64,000 nt of DNA, taken from assembly GCA_016288695.1 (NCBI GenBank), contig JAEELD010000026.1, positions 17,774 through 81,773 of the forward strand. The letters run 5' to 3'. Each line of letters starts with the position of its first letter. Positions within the stretch are counted from its first letter, which is position 1. This document shows, one piece after another, positions 57,280 through 64,000 of the stretch. Both the position numbers and the translations under genes were made by a program. The notes under the pieces are model-generated. The model had not been told where the DNA came from. It saw only the letters and a program-made list of their open reading frames with translations, and searched no databases. The DNA comes from Mycoplasmataceae bacterium (lineage in GTDB: Bacteria > Bacillota_I > Bacilli_A > Mycoplasmatales > Mycoplasmoidaceae).

Positions 57280-58968
57280 CTATATTGAATCTGCTGCTTC
57301 TATTGACATTAATCTTAGGCCATTAGCAATAACTTGCTTCACACAAAAAATTAATCAATATCTTTGTTTGCTTAATTCCAAATTTGTCTTATCAATTATT
57401 CTTACTTGAGAATAATATGAATGAAATAATCTAGATAAATTTAATAAATATATATTAAGGATGTTTATATTACTTGAGAGAACTATTTTATCTAATGTGC
57501 TTTCATAGATATTTAATAAAGAAATAATTTGCTTTTCAAATTTATGTGTTAACAAATTGAAATTCTTAGGAACGTCAAAAGAAATCATTTTTATTATTTT
57601 AAATATTCTAGCATGAGCATATTGAACATAAAATAATTGGTTGTTTTCATTTCTTAAATTGATATTATCAATATTAATTTCCAAATGCTTACTTAAAGGT
57701 TGAGAAGATAAAAGTCATCTAGTTTGGTCTTTACCAATAATTTGTATAACATCATTTAATGTTAAAGAATTACCAGATCTCTTTGACATTTTAAATTCTT
57801 GACCATTTTTTGTTAAACGGACCATTTGCATCAATAAAATTTCCAATTTCTTGTGATGGTAACCAAATAATTGTAATGCAATCTTCATACGCTCAGCATA
57901 TGATGCATGGTCTGCACCCCAAATGTCATAAATTTTATCATACCCACGAGAAAGTTTAATAATATGATATGCAATATCTGGTAGAAAATATGTGTTTGTG
58001 CCATCTGACTTTCTTAACACTCTATCTTTATCATCATTCAATAATGTTGTACGTAACCAAAGAGCACCATCTTTTTCATATATATAATTGCCAAAATTAT
58101 TAATAATTTCATCAATTATGTTGGACTTATATAAATTTGATTCCGAAAAAAAAACATCAAATCGTACTCCGAGTTGATCTAATGAATTTTTAATTTTATC
58201 TAATAAAAAATCAATTGAAAATTTTTTTATTTTATTTGCATTAGTTTGAAATGATGGAGAAAAATTTGTATTATCAAACTCAATATCAATAAACTCATTC
58301 CCATATTTCTCTTTTAAATGTGATGCTACTAACTTTATTTCATTGCCATGATATGAATCCTCAAATAATTCAACTTTCTTCCCAAAAAGTTGCAAATACC
58401 TAATAAGGACGCTTATGGCTAATTTATCAATTTGATTACCCGCATCATTTATATAATATTCGCGTGTTACATTTATCCCACGATCCTGCATTATAGTTGC
58501 TAAAATGTCACCGATAACAGCATTCCTTGCATGACCTACATGCAATAATCCTGTAGGATTGGCAGAAACAAATTCAATGTTATAATTTAACTTTGTTTTC
58601 TTTTTCTTATTAAATTTTGATCTTTTTTTGATGATTTCAAAAAGAATAGAAGTGGAAAATTTATTTGCTATTGAGAAATTAATAAATCCTGGATGTGAAA
58701 CTGAAATCTTTTCAAAATATTTCTTATTCAAATTGCCAACTATTTCTTTTGCAATATTAATTGTTTGTTCTTGTGGAAACCCTAACAACATTGCGATATT
58801 TGTTGAAAAATCACCATAGTTTACATTTTTATTTCGCTCAATAATAACATTTGGGATAGAACCAACATTAATAATTTTTTTAGATGATGATTCAACAATA
58901 GTTTTTACAATATCTGTAATTTTATTTTGAACCAAATCTAAAATATTACTTTTTTTAAAAAAAAACAT
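57280..58968 (-). CDS. argS: arginine--tRNA ligase
   Basis: Merges 57355-57684 and 57715-58968 with a 3' extension through TGA 57355 to TAG 57280-57282, 562 aa. SANPTGLLHVGHARN (HIGH), MSKRSG (KMSKS), and a typical C-terminus VKQVIANGLRLMSIEAADSI. Confidence 0.93.
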
Positions 58969-58979
58969 AACTAAAAATA

Positions 58980-59669
58980 TTACTTATTATCTATCTCTAG
59001 TTTTGAAAAAGGTACTTCAACATCTATTTCTCTACCAAAAGCATCAATTTGAACAATTGCAATGCCTGAATTAACATTCAATGATTTAACTTTACCTTTT
59101 TCATTACTGAAACTATCATTATTTAAAATAACATAATCTCCAACTTTAATGTTTGTTTCATAAACAACATTACTAGTATCATCATTTACTATTTTTGCAT
59201 CATCTGGTGAAGAAACATTAGGCTTGGTATTATACTGAGCAAGCACATTATACTCATCTATAGAAATCGGGATTGGTAATGCACCATTGCCAGAACTACC
59301 AACAAACCCTAAAACACCATTTGTATTTCTTATACAATACCAAATTTCTTTATTCATTATCATATTGACAAAAACGTAACCTGGGAATCTATTTACTACT
59401 TTGCTTTTTATTTGCTTGTAATTTCCATTAGGAAGTGTTTCCCATTTTGTTGTTTTTGTATTCTTCAAAGATTTTGGTAAATCTGGATCAGTTTTTGTAA
59501 AAATTTTTTCAGCAACTTTATTTTCATAAAAAACTTTGAAATCTTTTACTAAATGTGAATAACCATAATTAAATATTTTTTCTTTTAATGAATCTATAAT
59601 TGACTTTTCTTTACCAGCTGAAACAGTGACTATAAATCATTGATAAAAATCATTATTTTTTTTGCTCAT
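58980..59669 (-). CDS. nusG: transcription termination/antitermination factor NusG
   Basis: Track ORF 58980-59468 extended upstream through TGA codons to ATG 59669 (GGAGGAA RBS), 229 aa. NGN start FYQWFIVTVSAGKEKSI, FPGYVFVNM, and KOW motif VGDYVILNNDSFSNEKGKVKSL. Confidence 0.9.
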
Positions 59670-59694
59670 ATTCCTCCAATGTTAAAACAGTAAA

Positions 59695-60462
59695 TTAAAT
59701 TCTTGTAATTATAAAATCTAAAAATAAAAATAGCAATGAAATAAATAGTGCAATCACAATAACATAAGAAAAATTAAATAATGTTTTTTTTCGAGAAGAT
59801 CATGACATTCTTTGTAATTCTTTACCAATCCCATATCATCATCTTTTAATTATAAAAACTCTATCAAGCTCATATTCATATCGCATGTCCCTTTTTAGTT
59901 TTAATTGAATTTCGGTATTTTCTAACAAAATTTTATTTTGTGTAATTTGACTTTCAAATTCTTTTATTTTTGATAAGTACTCTTTATTGATTGATTTAAC
60001 ATCATTATCACTTTTTTTATCCAATTTTTGCTTTTCTTTTAATGAATTTAGAACATTTTTTCTTTCAGTCATTATTTTTGATAAATTTGATTTATACAAA
60101 GTTCGTGCATTATTCAACTCATGGTTGTATTCTCTAAATGCAATTGCTTTATTAATTCTCATCTTTGCTAACCTTTGTTTCTTTTCAGTTAATAGATTTT
60201 TTGCTATCTCATAATCACGTGAAATTTTTGCTTTAAAAATTTCATCTAATAATTGACCACGTAAGTCCTTTTTCTGATCAACACTTGTTGCAGCATCAAT
60301 TTTTGATTTAAATTCTTTTTTTAGATTCTCAACCGATTTTGAATATTCTGCACACGCATGCGATTTGGCGTTTTTTAAGAGTATTAAACGATTCTTTCTT
60401 TCTTTCTTTTTTTCTTTTTGTAATTTATTCAATTCTTCTAGTTTAGTCTTATCAAATGCCAT
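59695..60462 (-). CDS. secE: preprotein translocase subunit SecE with long Lys/Glu-rich N-terminal extension
   Basis: Track ORF 59839-60471 ends at two consecutive TGA codons. Under code 4 it continues as WWYGIGKELQRMSWSSRKKTLFNFSYVIVIALFISLLFLFLDFIITRI to TAA 59695-59697, which is the SecE amphipathic/TM signature. Lies between rpmG and nusG as expected. ATG 60462 preferred over TTG 60471. Confidence 0.8.
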
Positions 60463-60464
60463 AT

Positions 60465-60617
60465 TTATCAAGTTTCTTCATGTATTGTTGTCATTTTACA
60501 TACAGGACAATACTTCCTTAATTTTAATCTTTTAGTTGAATTTTTATTTTTTTTAATGTGATAATTTCTGCTATTACAGTTTGTACAAACTAATTTAATA
60601 TTTATCTTATTACCCAT
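60465..60617 (-). CDS. rpmG: 50S ribosomal protein L33
   Basis: Not in the track (below the length cutoff). MGNKINIKLVCTNCNSRNYHIKKNKNSTKRLKLRKYCPVCKMTTIHEETW, with a four-Cys zinc ribbon. Ends TGA-TAA (Trp then stop under code 4). Confidence 0.9.
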
Positions 60618-60696
60618 TAAAAAAAAGAAGAAATTACTTCTTCATATTTAAGTAATTATACTAAATATATTATTTAATATATTTAGTTATTCTAGA

Positions 60697-61053
60697 TTAA
60701 ACTAATTGAATAATTGCTATCTTAGTTTGATCACCTAAATGATTATCAAATCTGATTACTCGTGTATAACCACCTTTACGGTTTTCATATTTTTTAGCAA
60801 CTGTATGAATTCTCTTTAATAATTTATCAACACTAAACTTTTTATTTTTAAGCAAAAAACCCCGAATTATTCGATCGGACGCCAACGTATTTTTTTTAGC
60901 TAAAGTAATTAATTTATCAACATGTTTTTTAGTTTCTTTAGCTTTTGTTATAGATGTTTTTATTTGCCCATATGCAAAAACATCACTAACTTGTTGTCGA
61001 ATTACCATTTTTCTTCATGAAGATGTTTTTCCAGATTTATTAATAAATGACAT
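60697..61053 (-). CDS. rplQ: 50S ribosomal protein L17
   Basis: Track ORF 60697-61008 extended through a TGA to ATG 61053. MSFINKSGKTSSWRKMVIRQQVSDVFAYGQIKTS..., 118 aa. Confidence 0.95.
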
Positions 61054-61074
61054 AATAATTCCTTTTTAAATAAA

Positions 61075-62097
61075 TTAATAGTTTTCTACTTCTGAATCTT
61101 CTACATTTTTAGAGGATTCTTTTTTAAATGATAATCCTTCCTCAGTTATTTTCTTTTCTATTTCAATTAATGACTTTCTTCCTAAATTTCTAATCCTTGC
61201 AACCTCTGATTTTGTCCTATTAATTAATTGCTCTACTGTTTGAATACCATAACGTTTCAAACAATTATACGAACGAACTGATAATCCTAATTCGTCAATA
61301 GACATAGATAATGTTTGAGATTGCTTAACTTCTTTTTGTTCTTCCATCATCCTATATTCATTAACTGTTTTGTCAATGTTCATCAACTGAGTCAAGTGTT
61401 CAGAAAGAATTTTAGCTGTTAATGCAATCGCTAATTCAGGTGTAATTGAACCATTTGTAGCAATTTCAATTGTGAGTATATCTCCTATCTCATCTTTTGA
61501 AATCTTATATTCATCAACAGAATAAGCAACATTAACTATTGGTGAAAAATTTGAATCAGTAGCAATTATGTGCAATGAATTAATTTTCTCCTGATTTATA
61601 TTAAAAGGAACAAAACCACGTCCACGTGTTGCAAATAAACTCAAATCTAGTTTAGAATTGTCATTTGTTAATTCACATATATATAAGTCTTTATTTATAA
61701 TTTGAAAACCTATAGGACACTCTATGTCACTTGCATGGATAATTTTTTTACCTGTAGCTTTAATAACCATTAATGGTCATTTCTCAATCCTTAGTGATGA
61801 TAATTCTTCATCAGTATAAGCTTGCTCATCAATTTTAATAACTAGACCTTTAAGATTCAACACTATCTGAGTAATGTCTTCTTTTATCCCATCGATTGAC
61901 TGAAATTCATGAGTAGCATCATTAATTTTTATAGCAAATATACTACTTCCAGGAATATCAAATAAAAGAGTCCTTCTTAATGCATTACCAAGTGTGGTGC
62001 CCATGCCTTTTTCTAAAGGTTTAATAACAAATTTTGCCTGTTGTTTATTCTTTTCATTAATTATTGGTTCGATTGTGTATCTTAAAAAATTTTTCAT
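61075..62097 (-). CDS. rpoA: DNA-directed RNA polymerase subunit alpha
   Basis: Merges 61075-61770 and 61777-62097 (same frame), 340 aa. [13 protein letters not shown] in the N-terminal domain. C-terminal domain [23 protein letters not shown]...[10 protein letters not shown]. Confidence 0.96.
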
Positions 62098-62117
62098 TGC
62101 TTTTCCCTTTCTTTAAA

Positions 62118-62531
62118 TTAACGTGGTTTTTTTGGTGGTCTACACCCATTATGTGGTAATGGTGTAACATCATTTAATTCAGTTATTTGAAGACCTGCTG
62201 AATCAATAGATCTAATTGCAGTTTCTTTCCCTGGTCCTGTTCCATTCACAAATACCTTTACAGATTTTAAACCCATTAACATTGCTGCTTTTGCTGCTTG
62301 TGTTGCAGCTAGTCCTGCAGCATATGGTGTTGACTTTTTACTTCCCTTATAACCGATTGCTCCTGCAGAACTTCATGTCAACGTATTTCCTTTTTCATCA
62401 GTTATAGTAACTATTGTATTATTAATAGTTGAATGAATATGTACTGCACCATTAACACTTGCTAATTTCTTTTTCTTTTTTGGTTTGTCTTTTGTTGCTG
62501 CTTTCTTTTTTTGATTTTTAACTTCTGCCAT
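62118..62531 (-). CDS. rpsK: 30S ribosomal protein S11
   Basis: Not in the track (in-frame TGA). ATG 62531 to TAA 62118-62120, 137 aa. Lys-rich N-terminus, then [30 protein letters not shown]...[16 protein letters not shown]. Confidence 0.95.
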
Positions 62532-62574
62532 TTATTAACCTCTCTATGCAATAATAATAAATATAGCGAAAATA

Positions 62575-62949
62575 CTACTTAGTTTCTACCTTTTTATTAG
62601 CTATAGTCTTTCTAGGTCCTTTTCTGGTTCGCGCATTTGACTTAGTACGTTGTCCACGTGTTGGTAAATTTTTTCTATGTCTAATCCCACGATAACAATT
62701 GATTTCTTGTAATCTTTTTATGTTTAGAGCTATAGTCTTTTTTAAATCACCTTCTAAAGGAAATTTAACACAAACTTCACGAATTTGAGCTAATTCAACA
62801 TCTGTTAATTCTCCAGTCTTTTTTTCAGGATTAATTTTTGCTTCCTTACATATTCTCAATGCTAATGGTTCACCAATACCATAAATATATGTAAGTGAAA
62901 CTTTAATTTTTTTCTGATTTGGTATATCAACACCTAAAATACGAGACAT
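62575..62949 (-). CDS. rpsM: 30S ribosomal protein S13
   Basis: 124 aa. [26 protein letters not shown]...[29 protein letters not shown]. Confidence 0.97.
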   Translation of the reverse strand: MSRILGVDIPNQKKIKVSLTYIYGIGEPLALRICKEAKINPEKKTGELTDVELAQIREVCVKFPLEGDLKKTIALNIKRLQEINCYRGIRHRKNLPTRGQRTKSNARTRKGPRKTIANKKVETK

Positions 62950-62951
62950 AA

Positions 62952-63065
62952 TTAACCTTGACGTTGTTTGTGCTTAGGATTTTTGCAAATAACCCTAATC
63001 ACTCCTTGTCTTTTAATAACTTTACAATCTTTACAAATTGGTTTCACAGAACTTCTTACCTTCAT
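62952..63065 (-). CDS. rpmJ: 50S ribosomal protein L36
   Basis: 37 aa, below the track cutoff. [37 protein letters not shown] (zinc-binding C..C...C....H form). Confidence 0.95.
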   Translation of the reverse strand: MKVRSSVKPICKDCKVIKRQGVIRVICKNPKHKQRQG

Positions 63066-63104
63066 ATTACAAATTGAAAACAAATTAATTATATTATTAA
63101 GACT

Positions 63105-63320
63105 TTATTTTACTCTATAAGTAATTCTCCCACATGTTAAATCATAAGGACTTAACTCAACAGTAACTATATCACCTTGTAAAATCTGTATCCTATGGAG
63201 ACGCATTTTACCAGATATGTGGGCTAAAATTTCAACATTATTTTCCAATTTCACCTTATATGTATTATTATTAATTACTTCCGTAATCGTGCCATTCATC
63301 TTAATTGCATCATTAGCCAT
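63105..63320 (-). CDS. infA: translation initiation factor IF-1
   Basis: 71 aa. S1-like OB fold: [71 protein letters not shown]. Confidence 0.96.
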   Translation of the reverse strand: MANDAIKMNGTITEVINNNTYKVKLENNVEILAHISGKMRLHRIQILQGDIVTVELSPYDLTCGRITYRVK

Positions 63321-63400
63321 AATTATTTGTTAATTGCTCTCTTATACCTCCCTAAAACATTACAATAGTTTATATTTTACAAAAATAATTAATAAATACA

Positions 63401-64000
63401 TTAAGGTTGAAAATTTATTTCCTTACGCAACATTATTTCATCTAAATCCTCACTCAGAGTTAAAATTTCATAACCTGTTTTTGTAATTAAAACCATATGT
63501 TCATAATGACAAGTTAACTCATTATTTGAACTTAAAACAGTCCAATTATTGCTTGCAATTTTGATTTTATCACTTCCAATTAATAGCATTGGTTCAATAC
63601 AAATAATCATCCCTGGAAGTAATTTAACACCAGTATGTTGTTTACCATAATTCAAAATTATTGGATCTTCATGCTCGTAAACACCGCAACCATGCCCTCC
63701 ATAGTTTTTTATGACAAAATATCCATCACTCTCAGCAGTTTTCTGAATTTCATTACTGATATCCCCGGTGTATGCTCCAGGTTTAATTTTTTTTATTGAA
63801 TTAATTAAAGACTTATATGTTGCTAAAAGAATTTTATTTGCTTTTAAATTTGATGATGGCTCTACAACAATTGTAAAAGCTGCATCACATATGTATGAAT
63901 TATATGAAACACCAATGTCACATGTTACCATATCATTTTCTTTTATTACATATTCATTAGCAATACCATGTATGATCTCACTATTGACACTAATACAAAT
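63401..64000 (-). CDS. map: type I methionine aminopeptidase (5' end outside window)
   Basis: The frame is open to the window edge. Metal-ligand contexts DIGVSYNSYICDAA, GHGCGVYEHEDP, CIEPM, HYEHMVLIT. Upstream of infA, as in the spc/alpha operon region. Confidence 0.9.
   Translation of the reverse strand: MCISVNSEIIHGIANEYVIKENDMVTCDIGVSYNSYICDAAFTIVVEPSSNLKANKILLATYKSLINSIKKIKPGAYTGDISNEIQKTAESDGYFVIKNYGGHGCGVYEHEDPIILNYGKQHTGVKLLPGMIICIEPMLLIGSDKIKIASNNWTVLSSNNELTCHYEHMVLITKTGYEILTLSEDLDEIMLRKEINFQP

Noticed and set aside
1-64000. Search for CRISPR arrays, IS elements/transposases, integrases, prophage or ICE genes, restriction-modification, toxin-antitoxin or other defence modules, rRNA genes and riboswitch/T-box leaders
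   Set aside because: None found. After code-4 merging, every stretch longer than about 130 nt is accounted for by housekeeping genes or the two tRNAs. No spaced direct repeats were seen by eye, and no leader long enough for a T-box or riboswitch precedes the five aminoacyl-tRNA synthetase genes (glyQS, thrS, hisS, aspS, argS).

Overview
Very AT-rich, densely packed Mollicutes (Mycoplasma-like) core chromosome. TGA is read as Trp throughout (translation table 4), so the supplied standard-code ORF track splits or hides most genes. I merged its fragments by hand, checking frame continuity and the absence of TAA/TAG in the gaps I inspected. That gives about 66 protein-coding genes and 2 tRNAs with almost no intergenic DNA. 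Content is housekeeping:
- infC-rpmI-rplT, glyQS, dnaG
- a ruvX-trmR-trhP1-trhP2-like block
- the str operon (rpsL-rpsG-fusA-tuf)
- rnhC, ribF, tig, lon (with a CIRCE operator), pgi, thrS, uvrA
- parE-parC-nadD/yqeK-mtnN
- lspA, tsaB-rimI, hisS-aspS, ptsI, ispG, yebC, miaB, gpmI
- ecfA1-ecfA2-ecfT-truA, argS
- rpmG-secE-nusG, and the distal ribosomal cluster (map-infA-rpmJ-rpsM-rpsK-rpoA-rplQ)

I found no transposase, integrase, phage, restriction-modification, toxin-antitoxin or CRISPR signal, and no convincing novel multi-gene system. This looks like an ordinary core region.

The leads most worth a second look are:
- an SSB-like OB-fold gene interrupted by a +1 frameshift inside an A9 tract just upstream of thrS
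- a 66-aa gene with a good RBS that the ORF track misses because of two UGA codons
- a SecE whose membrane anchor is fused to a roughly 210-aa Lys/Glu-rich N-terminal extension
- a ThrRS that lacks the TGS domain and the editing-site His/Cys residues
- a lone ispG
- a retained trmR/trhP-like tRNA-modification block
- eight convergent gene pairs that abut or overlap with no room for terminators (seven within 10 nt, one 34-nt gap)

Species cannot be assigned without a database search. EF-Tu sequence, PTS enzyme I and ispG loosely suggest the pneumoniae-cluster (penetrans/iowae/gallisepticum-like) mycoplasmas.
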